This document shows, in pieces, positions 36,020 to 46,661 of a DNA stretch of 47,212 nt; within the stretch, counting starts at the first letter, position 1, and every line of letters begins with the position of its first letter. The notes beneath the pieces were generated by a model. It searched no databases. It had not been told where the DNA came from and worked only from the letters and a program-made list of their open reading frames with translations. The DNA comes from Myxococcota bacterium (GTDB lineage Bacteria > Myxococcota_A > UBA9160 > UBA4427), in assembly GCA_036336835.1 (NCBI GenBank), contig JAYZFK010000048.1:1-47212 (forward strand), read 5' to 3'. A program made the translations under genes and the position numbers.

Positions 36020-37473
36020 TCGGCGTCGTCCTCGAGCGAGTGGAACAACGAGAGCTGTGGTGCGCCGAGCTCCGCGTCGAGCGGAAGCGGATACTCGTCG
36101 GTAAAACAGGCGTCGCAGATGCCGCGCTTGATGTGCCGGGCGGACAGCTCGCGCAACACCTCCGTCGACAGGTACTCGAGAGAATCCGCGTGCATCAGCT
36201 CGCAGATCTCGCGCGGGGTGTGCTGGTGGGCGATCAGCTCCTCGCGCGTCGGCGTATCGATGCCATAGTGGCAGGGGCCGATCGTCGGCGGCGACGAAAT
36301 TCGCAGATGGACCTCCCTGGCCCCGGCGTCCCGCACCATCTTCACGATCTTGCGCAGCGTCGTGCCGCGGACGATCGAGTCGTCGACCAGCAGCACGCGC
36401 TTGTTCTCGACGAACCCCTTCACCGCGTTGTGCTTGACGCGCACATGGAAGTCGCGGATCGATTGCGTCGGCTCGATGAAGGTGCGTTGCACGAAGTGGT
36501 TGCGAATCAGCGCGGTCTCGTACGGAACGCCGGATTCTTCGGCGTAGCCGAGCGCCGCTGCCGCCCCCGAGTCGAGCACCGGCACCACCATGTCGACCCG
36601 GACCGGATGCTCGCGCGCCAGCGCGCGGCCGAGCTCCTTGCGAAACGAGTACACGTTCGTGCGCAGCAGATTCGAGTCGGGACGCGCGAAGTAGATGTGC
36701 TCGAAGATGCAGAAGTGCTCGCGCTCGGTGCGCAGGAACGGACGCAAGCTGCGCAGCCTGCCGCGGCGCACCACCACGACCTCGCCCGGCTCGATGTCGC
36801 GCTCGTAGGTCGCACCGATCAGGTCGAACGCGCAGGTCTCACTGGCGACCACGTAGGCGCTGCCGAGACGGCCGAGCGAGAGCGGCCGAAAGCCGTTGGG
36901 GTCTCGCGCCGCGATCAGCGCATCGTCGGTCAGCATCACCAGACTGAAGGCGCCCTTCACGCGCGACAGCGCGTCGATCAGCCGCTCCTCGAGAGACGAC
37001 TCCCGCGAACGCGCGAGCAGATGCAGGACCACCTCGCTGTCGGCGGTCGAGCTGAAGATCGCGCCGCGGGCCTCGAGCTCGGCGCGCACAGCGGACGCGC
37101 TGACCAGGTTGCCGTTGTGGGCAATGCCGACCGGCCCGCCATCGGTGGTCGCGCAGATCGGCTGCGCGTTGCGCAGGGCGCTGTCGCCCGAGGTCGAATA
37201 ACGAACGTGGCCGATCGCGTGGCGCCCCCTGAGGCGCGACAGCACCGGCTCGGTGAAGGTGTCCGCCACCAGCGCCATGGCACGGTGGACGATGTGCTCG
37301 TGCCCGTTCGACGCCACGATGCCGCAGCTCTCCTGACCGCGGTGCTGCAGGGCGTAGAGCCCGAGATAGGCGATGTGGGCGGCTTCTTCATGTCCCCAGA
37401 CGCCGAATACACCGCACTCGTCGTGGAAGCGATCGGCCTCGTGTTCGCGGCGCAGGTTCTCCAGCGGATTCAT
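36016..37473 (-). CDS. purF: Amidophosphoribosyltransferase
   Basis: Propeptide then [28 protein letters not shown]; Fe-S-type Cys residues; ATGA overlap with purL. Confidence 0.96.
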   Translation of the reverse strand: MNPLENLRREHEADRFHDECGVFGVWGHEEAAHIAYLGLYALQHRGQESCGIVASNGHEHIVHRAMALVADTFTEPVLSRLRGRHAIGHVRYSTSGDSALRNAQPICATTDGGPVGIAHNGNLVSASAVRAELEARGAIFSSTADSEVVLHLLARSRESSLEERLIDALSRVKGAFSLVMLTDDALIAARDPNGFRPLSLGRLGSAYVVASETCAFDLIGATYERDIEPGEVVVVRRGRLRSLRPFLRTEREHFCIFEHIYFARPDSNLLRTNVYSFRKELGRALAREHPVRVDMVVPVLDSGAAAALGYAEESGVPYETALIRNHFVQRTFIEPTQSIRDFHVRVKHNAVKGFVENKRVLLVDDSIVRGTTLRKIVKMVRDAGAREVHLRISSPPTIGPCHYGIDTPTREELIAHQHTPREICELMHADSLEYLSTEVLRELSARHIKRGICDACFTDEYPLPLDAELGAPQLSLFHSLEDDAE

Positions 37474-39734
37474 GCGGCCTCCTCGGCTGCCAGCCGGCGC
37501 GGCAGCGCGCGCTCCCAGAGGGAACGCAGCGCGCCGACCGGACGCTCGATCCAGGATTCGCCCGTGCGCGAAGATGCGATGCGCAGCACTTCGCCGCCCG
37601 TCTCGCCGATGACCGCCGCCGGGACGCCCCGCTCGACCGCGAGCGCCAGCAACGCGTCTGCGTCCTCGGTCGTCGCAATCACCCGTCCCGTGCTCTCGCC
37701 GAACAACACGGCATCGGGCCGGAACGGCTCGTCGAGCTCGACGCGCGCACCGACCAGGAGATCGCGACCCATGAAGCAGCACTCGGCCAGCGCCACCGCG
37801 AGACCGCCGTCGGCAACGTCGTGCGCGCTCACGATCGTGCCGCTGGCCACGCCGCGCGCGAGGAGCTCGTGCAGGCGCGCTTCGTGCTCGAGGTCGACCC
37901 GCGGCGGCATGCCCGCCTCGAGCCCGCGTCGCAGCGCCAGCCACTCGCTGCCGGCCAGCTCCTCGCGCGTCTCGCCGAGCAGCACCAGCGCGAGTCCCGG
38001 CCGCGGAAAGTGGGCCACCGCGTGCCGCTGCCAGTCGTCGATCAGCCCGACGATCGCGATCGTCGGCGTCGGAAAGATCGCCGTGCCGAGCGTCTCGTTG
38101 TAGAAGGACACGTTGCCCGAGATCACCGGCACGCCGAGCGCCTCGGCCGCGTCGCCCAGGCCGCGCACGGCTTCGGCGAACTCCCACATGATCTCGGGCT
38201 TCTCGGGATTGCCGAAGTTGAGGCAGTTGGTGGTCGCGAGCGGGCGCGCCCCGGTACAGGCCACGTTGCGCGCGGCCTCCGCCACCGCGGCGAGCGTGCC
38301 CTGGTACGGGTCGAGCCAGCAGAAGCGCGGATTGCAGTCGACCGACATCGCCAGCCCCTTGCGCGTCGCAGTTCCATCCTCCCGCTTGACGCGCACGAGC
38401 GCCGCATCGCCGCCCGGCGCGATCACCGTGTTGCCCTGCACGCGCTGGTCGTACTGCCGGTACACCCACTGCTTCGAGCACAGGTTCGGCGAGTCGAGCA
38501 GCGCCTCGAGCGCACCCGCGAGGTCTTCTTCGGGCACCACACTCGCCAGGTCGAGCTTCTGGCGCTCGCGCAACGCGGCCGGCTCGCAGACGGGTCGGTC
38601 GAGCACGGGCGCACTGCCCGACACGGGCGCCACCGGGATGTCGACCACCGTCTCGCCGTGCCAGCGCACGCACATGCGCCCGCTGTCGGTCACCCGTCCG
38701 ACGACCACCGCGTCGAGTCCCCAGCGCGCGAAGACGGCCGTTACCTCGTCCTCGCGCCCTCGCTCGGCGACCAGCAGCATCCGCTCCTGGCTCTCGGACA
38801 GCAGCATCTCGTAGGGCGTCATGTCGTCGGCGCGCTGCGGCACGCGATCGAGCTCCATCTCGATGCCGCTTCCCGCGCGATCGGCCATCTCGAACGACGA
38901 GCAGGTCAAGCCGGCTGCGCCCATGTCCTGGATGCCGACGATCGCGTCGCCGCGCATCAACTCGAGGCAGGCCTCGATCAAGCATTTCTCGGTGAACGGA
39001 TCGCCCACCTGCACGGTCGGGCGCTTGGCGTCGGTCTCGGCGTCGAACTCGGCAGAGGCCAGCAAGCTCGCGCCGTGGATGCCGTCGCGCCCGGTCTTGC
39101 TGCCGGCGTAGATCACCGGGTTGCCGACGCCCGACGCGGTCCCGAGGAAGATGCGGTCGGCCTCGACGATGCCGCAGTTGAAGGCGTTGACCAGGATGTT
39201 GCCCCGGTAGCAGGGATGGAAGGTCGTCTCGCCACCGACCGTCGGGACACCCACCGGGTTGCCGTAGCCGCCGATGCCCTCGACCACGCCTTCCAGCAGG
39301 CGGCGGTGCAGCGGATCGTCGAGCGGCCCGAAGCGAATCGAGTCCAGCGACGCGACTGGCCGCGCGCCCATGGTGAAGATGTCGCGCAGGATGCCGCCGA
39401 CACCGGTGGCCGCGCCCTGCCTGGGCTCGATGAACGACGGATGGTTGTGACTCTCGATCTTGAAGATCGCCGCCAGACCGTCGCCGATCGCGACCGCGCC
39501 CGCGTTCTCGCCCGGTCCCTGGAGGACGTGCTCGCCCGTCGACGGCAGCTCGCGCAGGTAGCGCCTGCTCGACTTGTACGAGCAGTGCTCGGCCCACATC
39601 ACCGAGAAGACTCCGAGCTCCGAGAACGAAGGAACGCGGCCGAGGATCTGCTCGATCTTGGCGTACTCGTCGTCGGTCAATCCGTGCGCGCGCGCGAGCG
39701 CGAGATCGACCGCGGGCTCGTCGGGCCGGCTCAT
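37470..39734 (-). CDS. purL: Phosphoribosylformylglycinamidine synthase subunit PurL (small type)
   Basis: [42 protein letters not shown]. Confidence 0.97.
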   Translation of the reverse strand: MSRPDEPAVDLALARAHGLTDDEYAKIEQILGRVPSFSELGVFSVMWAEHCSYKSSRRYLRELPSTGEHVLQGPGENAGAVAIGDGLAAIFKIESHNHPSFIEPRQGAATGVGGILRDIFTMGARPVASLDSIRFGPLDDPLHRRLLEGVVEGIGGYGNPVGVPTVGGETTFHPCYRGNILVNAFNCGIVEADRIFLGTASGVGNPVIYAGSKTGRDGIHGASLLASAEFDAETDAKRPTVQVGDPFTEKCLIEACLELMRGDAIVGIQDMGAAGLTCSSFEMADRAGSGIEMELDRVPQRADDMTPYEMLLSESQERMLLVAERGREDEVTAVFARWGLDAVVVGRVTDSGRMCVRWHGETVVDIPVAPVSGSAPVLDRPVCEPAALRERQKLDLASVVPEEDLAGALEALLDSPNLCSKQWVYRQYDQRVQGNTVIAPGGDAALVRVKREDGTATRKGLAMSVDCNPRFCWLDPYQGTLAAVAEAARNVACTGARPLATTNCLNFGNPEKPEIMWEFAEAVRGLGDAAEALGVPVISGNVSFYNETLGTAIFPTPTIAIVGLIDDWQRHAVAHFPRPGLALVLLGETREELAGSEWLALRRGLEAGMPPRVDLEHEARLHELLARGVASGTIVSAHDVADGGLAVALAECCFMGRDLLVGARVELDEPFRPDAVLFGESTGRVIATTEDADALLALAVERGVPAAVIGETGGEVLRIASSRTGESWIERPVGALRSLWERALPRRLAAEEAA

Positions 39735-40432
39735 GCGTCGCCCCCGCCGACCGCGTCGACCAGCGACCCGAGCAGCACCAGCCCGTCGGTCCCGCCGATT
39801 GCGGGCTCGACGGCGTGCTCGGGGTGCGGCATCAGCCCGATCACGTTGCCCGCCGGGTTGGTGATGCCGGCGATGTTGCCCACCGAGCCGTTGGGGTTGG
39901 CCTCGGAAACCACGCGGCCCTCGGCGTCGCAGTAGCGCAGCACGACCTGCCCGCCCGCCTCGAGCTCGGCCAGCTGGTCGGGCGCGAGCGTGTAGGCGCC
40001 CTCGCCGTGCTTGATCGGGATGCGCAGCACATCCCCCGCGCGCGCACGCGCCAGGAAGGGCGCCGCCGCACGCTCGACCCGCAGGTGCGCGAGGTCACAG
40101 ACGAAGTGCAGGTGGTGGTTGCGAACCAGGACGCCCGGCAACAGGCCCGCCTCGCACAGGATCTGGAAGCCGTTGCAGGTGCCCAGCACGGGCCCGCCGC
40201 GATCGGCGAAGCGTTTGAGGTCGGCCACGATCGGTGAGAAGCGAGCCATCGCACCGCAGCGCAGGTAGTCGCCGTAGGAGAAGCCGCCCGGCAGCAGCAC
40301 CGCGCGCGTCTCGGGCGGCAGCCGATCGTCCTGGTGCCAGACCAGGCGCGCCTCCACACCGAGGATGCTTTTCAGCGCGAAGACCATGTCCCGGTCGTCG
40401 AGCGAGCCGGGGAATCGGAGCACGGCGAACAA
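39731..40432 (-). CDS. purQ: FGAM synthase glutaminase subunit PurQ
   Basis: [28 protein letters not shown]. Confidence 0.96.
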   Translation of the reverse strand: MFAVLRFPGSLDDRDMVFALKSILGVEARLVWHQDDRLPPETRAVLLPGGFSYGDYLRCGAMARFSPIVADLKRFADRGGPVLGTCNGFQILCEAGLLPGVLVRNHHLHFVCDLAHLRVERAAAPFLARARAGDVLRIPIKHGEGAYTLAPDQLAELEAGGQVVLRYCDAEGRVVSEANPNGSVGNIAGITNPAGNVIGLMPHPEHAVEPAIGGTDGLVLLGSLVDAVGGGDA

Positions 40433-40452
40433 GGTGTGGGAAACCTCGGAAG

Positions 40453-40473
40453 CCCTTGGATATCAAATACTTG
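40453..40473. promoter_or_regulatory. IHF-consensus site (TATCAAATACTTG, 40461-40473) in the purQ leader
   Basis: Exact match to WATCAANNNNTTR within an AT-rich imperfect palindrome; TAGACT -10 on the minus strand at 40494-40499. Confidence 0.5.
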
Positions 40474-40496
40474 CGTGACCTGGAACGGACCGGAGT

Positions 40497-40922
40497 CTAC
40501 CCGGGCCCCCGATCGCGGTCAATCGCGCGGTGGCTCGATTCGTCGTCCCAGCGCGCCTCGTAGCGGGCCTCGATCGCGTCGGACTCGGCCGGGTCCCGAC
40601 TGCCCGGGTCGACCCGCGGCTCGACCCGCGGCTCGCGTGGCGCGGTCAGCGAACGGACCCCGACCAGGATCGTCGCCAGGGGCATCAGCGCGGTGCCCGG
40701 CGTCATGCAATAGGCGCCGGCGAGCGCCGCCGGCAGCCACCGACGCTGCGGGAAGCCGAGCTGGGGCGCCAGGTTCCAGCCGAGCAGGCCACCGAGCAGG
40801 AGCCCGGTCCACAGGCCCAGCGGACCGAACGTGACGAGGTCGGCCGCATCGACGAGCAGTGCCGTCGCGATCGCCGTCAGCGCGCGGGGCAAGGGGGCGT
40901 TCTGCGGGTCGGCGGCAGGCAT
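40497..40922 (-). CDS. Small hypothetical membrane protein
   Basis: Hydrophobic C-terminal part of ORF 40497..42092 (DAADLVTFGPLG...YCMTPGT..MPLAT); ATG 40922 with TATCGT 8 nt upstream. Confidence 0.65.
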   Translation of the reverse strand: MPAADPQNAPLPRALTAIATALLVDAADLVTFGPLGLWTGLLLGGLLGWNLAPQLGFPQRRWLPAALAGAYCMTPGTALMPLATILVGVRSLTAPREPRVEPRVDPGSRDPAESDAIEARYEARWDDESSHRAIDRDRGPG

Positions 40923-40982
40923 GACCACAAACGATAGCGGTGAGCGCTTGCCGTCGAGGGAGCCGCGCGGTTCAATGTGACG

Positions 40983-41948
40983 ATGGGCATCGACATCGGA
41001 CTGCTTCGCGACCTGTGTGACAAGACTCTCGAACGCACGGACTTCCCGCGGCTCGGCGAACGCCGCGAGGGCAAGGTGCGCGACAGCTACGTGGACGGCG
41101 GCCGGCGCACGATCGTCGTGTCCGACCGCGTCAGCGCGTTCGACGTCGTGGTGGGCACCATCCCGCTCAAGGGCCAGGTGCTGAACCAGGTCGCGGCCTT
41201 CTGGTTCGACGAGGTGGCCGACATCGCCGCGCACCACCTGATCGAGGTCCCAGACCCGAACGCCTCGATCGTGCTGGAGTGCGAGCTGCTGCCGGTCGAG
41301 TTCGTGGTCCGCGGCTTCCTGACGGGGTCGTCGTCGACCTCGATCTGGAGTGCCTACGAGCGCGGCGAGCGACGCTACTGCGGCCACGACCTGCCGGACG
41401 GCATGAAGCGGCACGAGCAGCTGGCCGAGTCCCTGCTGACGCCCACCACCAAGGCCGAGATGGGCGCCCACGACGAGCTCACCTCGCGCGAGGAGCTGAT
41501 CGCGAGCGGCGCCATCAGCGAGCAGCGCTACGACGAGGCCGCCGCGCTCGCGGCGAGCCTGTTCGCCCGGGGACAGGAGTTCGCCGCCAGCCGCGGGCTG
41601 ATCCTGGTCGATACCAAGTACGAGATGGGCATCGACGACGACGGGGCCATCCGACTGATCGACGAGGTCCACACACCCGACTCCTCCCGCTACTGGTACC
41701 GGGAGGGCTACGAGCAGGCGATGTCGCGCGGCGAGAGCCCACCGGCGCTCGACAAGGAGTACCTGCGCCTGTGGCTCGGGGAGCAGGGCTACCAGGGCCG
41801 CGGCCAGCCGCCCGAGATCCCCGTCGAGGTGCGCTGCGAGGCTGCGCGCCGCTACATCGAGGCCTTCGAGCAGGTCACCGGACGGGGCTTCGAGCCCAAC
41901 CTGGAACCCCCGCTCCCGCGACTGCGCCGCAACCTGGGCGTAGCCTGA
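40983..41948 (+). CDS. purC: SAICAR synthetase (long, Ade1-like type)
   Basis: EGKVRD, SDRVSAFD, EFVVRGF, TPTTKA, LVDTKYEMG, DEVHTPDSSRYW, LDKEYLR. Confidence 0.96.
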   Translation: MGIDIGLLRDLCDKTLERTDFPRLGERREGKVRDSYVDGGRRTIVVSDRVSAFDVVVGTIPLKGQVLNQVAAFWFDEVADIAAHHLIEVPDPNASIVLECELLPVEFVVRGFLTGSSSTSIWSAYERGERRYCGHDLPDGMKRHEQLAESLLTPTTKAEMGAHDELTSREELIASGAISEQRYDEAAALAASLFARGQEFAASRGLILVDTKYEMGIDDDGAIRLIDEVHTPDSSRYWYREGYEQAMSRGESPPALDKEYLRLWLGEQGYQGRGQPPEIPVEVRCEAARRYIEAFEQVTGRGFEPNLEPPLPRLRRNLGVA

Positions 41949-42045
41949 ACCCCCCGCCACCGGGTCGAGCACAACTCGCCGGAGCGCGCAACAAAAGCGG
42001 GTTCTGGAGCCCCTATGGGCGCTCTCGCCGGACGATCGTCGTATG

Positions 42046-42068
42046 CTTGACGCGTCAAGATTCTGACG
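42046..42068. promoter_or_regulatory. Overlapping palindromes CTTGACGCGTCAAG and CGTCA-N6-TGACG upstream of the porin
   Basis: Perfect 14-bp palindrome at 42046-42059; second dyad at 42053-42068. Confidence 0.5.
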
Positions 42069-42198
42069 AGATTCCACGTAGTTGTGTAGCAAGTTGCGCC
42101 CTGGCGAGCGTCTCGAGAGCTGCTAAAACCCCACCTCGGCGACCGCTCCGTAATTGGGGGGGAGCGTGAGCCCTGTCACCAACCAGGAGGTGGTTTTG

Positions 42199-43515
42199 AT
42201 GCAACCCAGCGTATGGACCCGTCTACGGGCCATCGGCGCGAGCGTGACAGTGGTCGCGTTCGCAGTGGCACCTGCGGGCGCCGCAAACGACATTGACGAT
42301 GAAATGAAGCAGATGCGCGAGCTGGTCCTTCAGCTCCAGGACCAGGTCCAGAATCAGCAGGTCGAGATCGAAGAGCAGAGCGAGGTGCTCCGGGATGCGG
42401 GTCTCGAAGACCGCAGCTCCGCCTCGCGGCTGTCCTCGTTCCTCGAGTCGACGGACTTCTCGGGCACCGTCGCGGCCAGCTACTTCTACAACACGAACAA
42501 CCCGCTCATCCCGAATACGTTGGGCGGGAAGACGGGGGCGGGCGGCAACAACGCGGTCAGCAACCCGTTCCACCCGGACCACAACAGCATCCAGCTCGAC
42601 GAGGTCTGGCTGTCGATGAGCCGCAGCGCCTCGGACGAGTCGCCGGTCGGCTTCGGCATCGACCTGGTGTACGGCGCGCTGGGCTCGATCAATGGCTACT
42701 CGGACGACATGGGCGTGCTGGCAGGGGGCGGCAACGGCTTCTGGCTCAACCAGGGCTACATCGAGTACATGCCGATGAGCGGCTGGACGCTGACGGCCGG
42801 CAAGTTCGCCACCCACATCGGCTACGAAGTGGCCGGGGCCGGCAACAACGCGAACGTCACGCGCGGCTTCACCTACAACCTGCTGCAGCCGATCTCGCAG
42901 ATCGGCGCGAAGCTGGAGGGGGACATCGGGGGCATCAGCCTGATGCTCGGCGTGGTGAACGGATTCGGCGAGAACCAGCCCGACTTCGACACCAACAAGG
43001 ACCTCATCTGGCAGGCCGGCTGGGCCAACGACACGCTCACCGTGCTGTTCAACGGTGAGTGGGGCGAGATCGGCGGGACCGGCGACAACAGCCTGCTGAC
43101 GCTGGACGGCGTCGTCGAGTTCGCGCCGACCGACGAGATCGTGACCTGGCTGAACGTGACCTGGCAGCAGGTCGAGCTGATGGGCACAGATAGCTCTGAC
43201 ATCGGCATCAACATCGGTGGCCGACTCGGACTGGGCGACCGCATGGGCGTGGCCGCTCGCTTCGAGTGGGGCTCCTTCGAAGACAGGGTGGTAGTCGGAA
43301 CGCCTCCGACCTCGGGGGATCTGGACCTGTGGAGCATCACGGGGACATTCGACTACCTGCTGGTCGAGGGTCTGACGATGAGGACCGAGCTCCAGTACAC
43401 GGCGGCCGATGCGGATGGACCGAGTACGAATTCCGACATCTTCCGGGATGACAGCGGCCTGGACACGGAAGACGGCCAGTTCCTGATCGGTGTTCAGCTG
43501 GTCTACGCCTTCTAG
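42199..43515 (+). CDS. Outer membrane beta-barrel porin (BBP2/DUF1597-like) with N-terminal coiled coil
   Basis: AGGAGG RBS; signal peptide; AGKFATHIGYEV; amphipathic strands; C-terminal VQLVYAF. Confidence 0.85.
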   Translation: MQPSVWTRLRAIGASVTVVAFAVAPAGAANDIDDEMKQMRELVLQLQDQVQNQQVEIEEQSEVLRDAGLEDRSSASRLSSFLESTDFSGTVAASYFYNTNNPLIPNTLGGKTGAGGNNAVSNPFHPDHNSIQLDEVWLSMSRSASDESPVGFGIDLVYGALGSINGYSDDMGVLAGGGNGFWLNQGYIEYMPMSGWTLTAGKFATHIGYEVAGAGNNANVTRGFTYNLLQPISQIGAKLEGDIGGISLMLGVVNGFGENQPDFDTNKDLIWQAGWANDTLTVLFNGEWGEIGGTGDNSLLTLDGVVEFAPTDEIVTWLNVTWQQVELMGTDSSDIGINIGGRLGLGDRMGVAARFEWGSFEDRVVVGTPPTSGDLDLWSITGTFDYLLVEGLTMRTELQYTAADADGPSTNSDIFRDDSGLDTEDGQFLIGVQLVYAF

Positions 43516-43534
43516 GCGAGCTCAGCACGAGCCA

Positions 43535-43570
43535 AAGAACGGCGTCCCGGGCAACCGGGGCGCCGTTCTT
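43535..43570. terminator. Bidirectional intrinsic terminator between the porin and purS
   Basis: aagaacggcgtcccgg-GCAA-ccggggcgccgttctt. Confidence 0.85.
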
Positions 43571-43588
43571 CGTTTCGGGAGCCCGCCG

Positions 43589-43828
43589 TCAGGCGAGCTC
43601 GACGCGGAAGTCCTCGATCACGCGATTGGCGAGCAGCTTGTCGGCCAGCTCGGCGAGCTGTGCGGTCGCCTGCGCCTGGTCCGCTGCATCGAGCTCGATC
43701 TCGAAGACCTTGCCCTGGCGCACGCTGCGGATGGCCTCGTGGCCGAGCGAGGCGCAGACCTTCTGGATCGCCTGGCCCTGCGGGTCCAGCACGTCGGGCT
43801 TCAGGGTGACGGTGACGATGGCCTTCAC
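43589..43828 (-). CDS. purS: FGAM synthase subunit PurS
   Basis: VTLKPDVLDPQGQAI...VRQGKVFEI...LLANRVIEDF; GTGA overlap with purB. Confidence 0.95.
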   Translation of the reverse strand: MKAIVTVTLKPDVLDPQGQAIQKVCASLGHEAIRSVRQGKVFEIELDAADQAQATAQLAELADKLLANRVIEDFRVELA

Positions 43829-45129
43829 GCTTGCTCCTCCGCGAGTGTGCGCTCGAAGATGGCGTCGACGTGGCGCAGCGCGTGCTCGAGGCTGAACGCC
43901 TGCTCGATCTGCTCGCTCGAGAGCTGCTCGGTGATCTTCGGATCGGCCAGCACGCGTTCGCGGAAGTCCCCGCCCTCTTCCCAGGTGGCCATCGCGTGGC
44001 CCTGGACCAGGCGGTACGCGTCCTCGCGCGCCAGGCCCCTGCCGGCGAGCTCGAGCAGCAGCGTGCCGCTGAACACGAGCCCCTGGGTCAGCTCGAGGTT
44101 CGCGCGCACCCGGTCGGGGAAGACGCGCAGGCTCGCCACCAGCCCGGCCATGCGCCGCAGCATGAAGTGGAGCGCGGTCGTCGCGTCCGGCAGCACGATC
44201 CGCTCGACCGACGAGTTGCTGATGTCGCGCTCGTGCCAGAGCGCCAGGTTCTCCATCGCGGCCTGCGAGTACCCTCGCACCACGCGTGCCAGGCCCGTAA
44301 CCGTCTCGAAGCGCCACGGATTGCGCTTGTGGGGCATCGCGGACGAGCCCTTCTGCGACGCGCCGAACTCCTCTTCGACCTCGCGCACCTCGGTCCGCGC
44401 GAGGTGACGGAACTCGACGGCGATCTGCTCGAGGCTCGAAGCGGTGACCGCGAGCGCGGCGACGAAGGACGCGTGGCGGTCGCGCTGCACGACCTGGCTG
44501 GCGGCGGGCTCGAAGTCGATCCCGAGCCGCTGGCACACCTCGCGCTCCACCTCCGGCTCGAGGTGGGCGAAGGTGCCGACGGCGCCCGAGAGCTTGCCGA
44601 CGGCCGCCTCGCGCAGCGTCCGCTCGATACGTAAGCGGGCCCGCCGCAGCGCCTTCCAGAAGATCAGGAACTTGAGCCCGAAGGTGGTCGGCTCGGCGTG
44701 CACGCCGTGCGTGCGCCCGACACAGGGCAGGTGCTTGAACTCGAGCGCGCGCGTCTTCAGCGCGTCGCACAGGGCGTCACACTCGGCGAGCAGCAGCTCG
44801 CCGGCGTCGCGGATCTGGAGCGCCAGCGCCGTATCGAGCACGTCGCTCGAGGTCATGCCGTAGTGCAGCCAACGCGACTCGGGCCCGATCTGCTCGGCCA
44901 CGGCGGTCGTGAAGGCGATCACGTCGTGGCGCACCTCGGCCTCGATCTCCCGGATGCGCGCAACGTCGAAGCCCGCCTTGTCGCGGATCGCGCGCGCCGC
45001 CTCCTCGGGCACCACACCGCGCTCGTGCAGCACCTCGGTCGCAGCCAGCTCGACCGCCAGCCAGCGGCCGTACTTGCCCTCGTCGGACCAGATGGCGGCC
45101 ATCTCGGGAAGCGAATAGCGATCGATCAC
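43825..45129 (-). CDS. purB: Adenylosuccinate lyase
   Basis: [50 protein letters not shown]. Confidence 0.97.
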   Translation of the reverse strand: MIDRYSLPEMAAIWSDEGKYGRWLAVELAATEVLHERGVVPEEAARAIRDKAGFDVARIREIEAEVRHDVIAFTTAVAEQIGPESRWLHYGMTSSDVLDTALALQIRDAGELLLAECDALCDALKTRALEFKHLPCVGRTHGVHAEPTTFGLKFLIFWKALRRARLRIERTLREAAVGKLSGAVGTFAHLEPEVEREVCQRLGIDFEPAASQVVQRDRHASFVAALAVTASSLEQIAVEFRHLARTEVREVEEEFGASQKGSSAMPHKRNPWRFETVTGLARVVRGYSQAAMENLALWHERDISNSSVERIVLPDATTALHFMLRRMAGLVASLRVFPDRVRANLELTQGLVFSGTLLLELAGRGLAREDAYRLVQGHAMATWEEGGDFRERVLADPKITEQLSSEQIEQAFSLEHALRHVDAIFERTLAEEQA

Positions 45130-46127
45130 AGTTCGACCTGCAAGGTCAGGGTCAGGTAGAGGTAGCCGAGCAGCGCATAGTACATGAGTGGAATCGCGAG
45201 CAGCGGGGAGTCCAGGCGGTCGAGCACGCCGCCCATCCCGGGTAGCAAGCCGCCCGCATCCTTCACCTTGGCATCGCGCTTGAGCATCGACTCGACCAGA
45301 TCGCCGAGCATCCCGGCCAGCGAGACCAGCAGCGCCAGCGGCAGCACCAGTCTCCACGGCAGGAACGCCGACAGCCCGGGCCAGGCGTTCTCGAACACCA
45401 GCTTGGTGAGCAGCCCGGCAATGCCGCCCAGGGCCAGACCGCCGAGCGCACCCTCGACCGTCTTGCCCGGGCTGACCTTCGGCGCGAGCTTGCGGCGTCC
45501 CCAGGCGCGTCCGGCGAAGTAGGCGCCCGTGTCGCACGACACCGCGCACACCAGCACGAAGACCATGAAGAAGATGCCCGATTCCGGGTGCAGCCCGAGC
45601 ACCAGCAGATCTTCGTAGGAATACTTCGCGTTGGCCGAGTCGAAGAAGAAGCGCAGCACGATCGCGTGCGAGAGCAGCCAGCTCACGTAGAAGACGCCGA
45701 AGAAGGTGCCGGAGATGCTGGCCAGCGCCTCCTGGATCTGGGCCTTGCGCAGCTGCGCCACCATCAGCCCGAGCAGGGAAGCCGTCAGCAGGATCGTCGC
45801 GTGGTACTCGTTGCCGATGTAGGAGACGAGCACGATGCCGCCGCCGAAGGTCAGGCCGAGCCCATCGAGTGGCAACGCACCCTTGTCCTCGATCAGCCGG
45901 TAGAACTCGCGTTGTGCGAGCAGCGCGAACGCCATCACCGTCAGCAGGTACGGGATCCCGCCGAGCGTAACGACCCACAGCACCAGGGGGATCAGGACCG
46001 CGGCCGTGAGCAGACGGCGTGTCAGCTCGCTCAGGCCGGGCCGGGCCACGCGCTCGGCCACCGGATCCGGCGGAAGGGCGTGGAACGGCTCGGGGCCGGA
46101 CTGCGGCGGTCGCTCGAGTTCACTCAC
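45126..46127 (-). CDS. cdsA: Phosphatidate cytidylyltransferase
   Basis: [44 protein letters not shown]; start uncertain. Confidence 0.92.
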   Translation of the reverse strand: MSELERPPQSGPEPFHALPPDPVAERVARPGLSELTRRLLTAAVLIPLVLWVVTLGGIPYLLTVMAFALLAQREFYRLIEDKGALPLDGLGLTFGGGIVLVSYIGNEYHATILLTASLLGLMVAQLRKAQIQEALASISGTFFGVFYVSWLLSHAIVLRFFFDSANAKYSYEDLLVLGLHPESGIFFMVFVLVCAVSCDTGAYFAGRAWGRRKLAPKVSPGKTVEGALGGLALGGIAGLLTKLVFENAWPGLSAFLPWRLVLPLALLVSLAGMLGDLVESMLKRDAKVKDAGGLLPGMGGVLDRLDSPLLAIPLMYYALLGYLYLTLTLQVEL

Positions 46128-46205
46128 GCGGGGTGCCCACCGCGCGCGAGGGTAGCCCAGCGCTCGCAAGGCTCTCCAGAGCGGCTGTAGGCTGCCCAGC
46201 CCGGC

Positions 46206-46652
46206 TCAGCCGGTGTGGCCGAAGCCGCCGCCGCCGCGCTCAGTCGGGTCGAGCACCTCGACCTCCTCGAACTCGGCTCGGGCCACCGGCGCGACCACGA
46301 GCTGGGCGATCCGGTCCCCTCGCCGCACACGGAACGGAAGGCTCCCGGCGTTCATCACGATCACCTGGAGCTCGCCGCGGTAGTCGGCGTCGATCGTGCC
46401 CGGCGCGTTCGGCAGCACGATGCCGTGCTTCAATGCCAGGCCGCTGCGCGGCCGCACCTGCGCCTCGTAGCCCTCGGGCAACGCGATCGCAAAGCCCGTG
46501 GGAACCAGCACCCGATCGCCGGGCTCGAGCTCTGCCTCGACCGCCGCACACAGGTCGCAGCCCGCAGAGCCCGGCGTCGCGCGGGCGGGCAACGGCAGCC
46601 CCTCCCCGTGCGGCAGACGCAGCAACCGGACCCTGACCTGCGCACCGGCCAT
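46206..46652 (-). CDS. dut: dUTP diphosphatase
   Basis: [38 protein letters not shown]. Confidence 0.96.
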   Translation of the reverse strand: MAGAQVRVRLLRLPHGEGLPLPARATPGSAGCDLCAAVEAELEPGDRVLVPTGFAIALPEGYEAQVRPRSGLALKHGIVLPNAPGTIDADYRGELQVIVMNAGSLPFRVRRGDRIAQLVVAPVARAEFEEVEVLDPTERGGGGFGHTG

Positions 46653-46661
46653 CGGCTGCGC

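Noticed and set aside
41949..42198. ZTP or purine riboswitch near the pur genes
   Set aside because: Only a short CTGGCG match; the remaining consensus elements were not found
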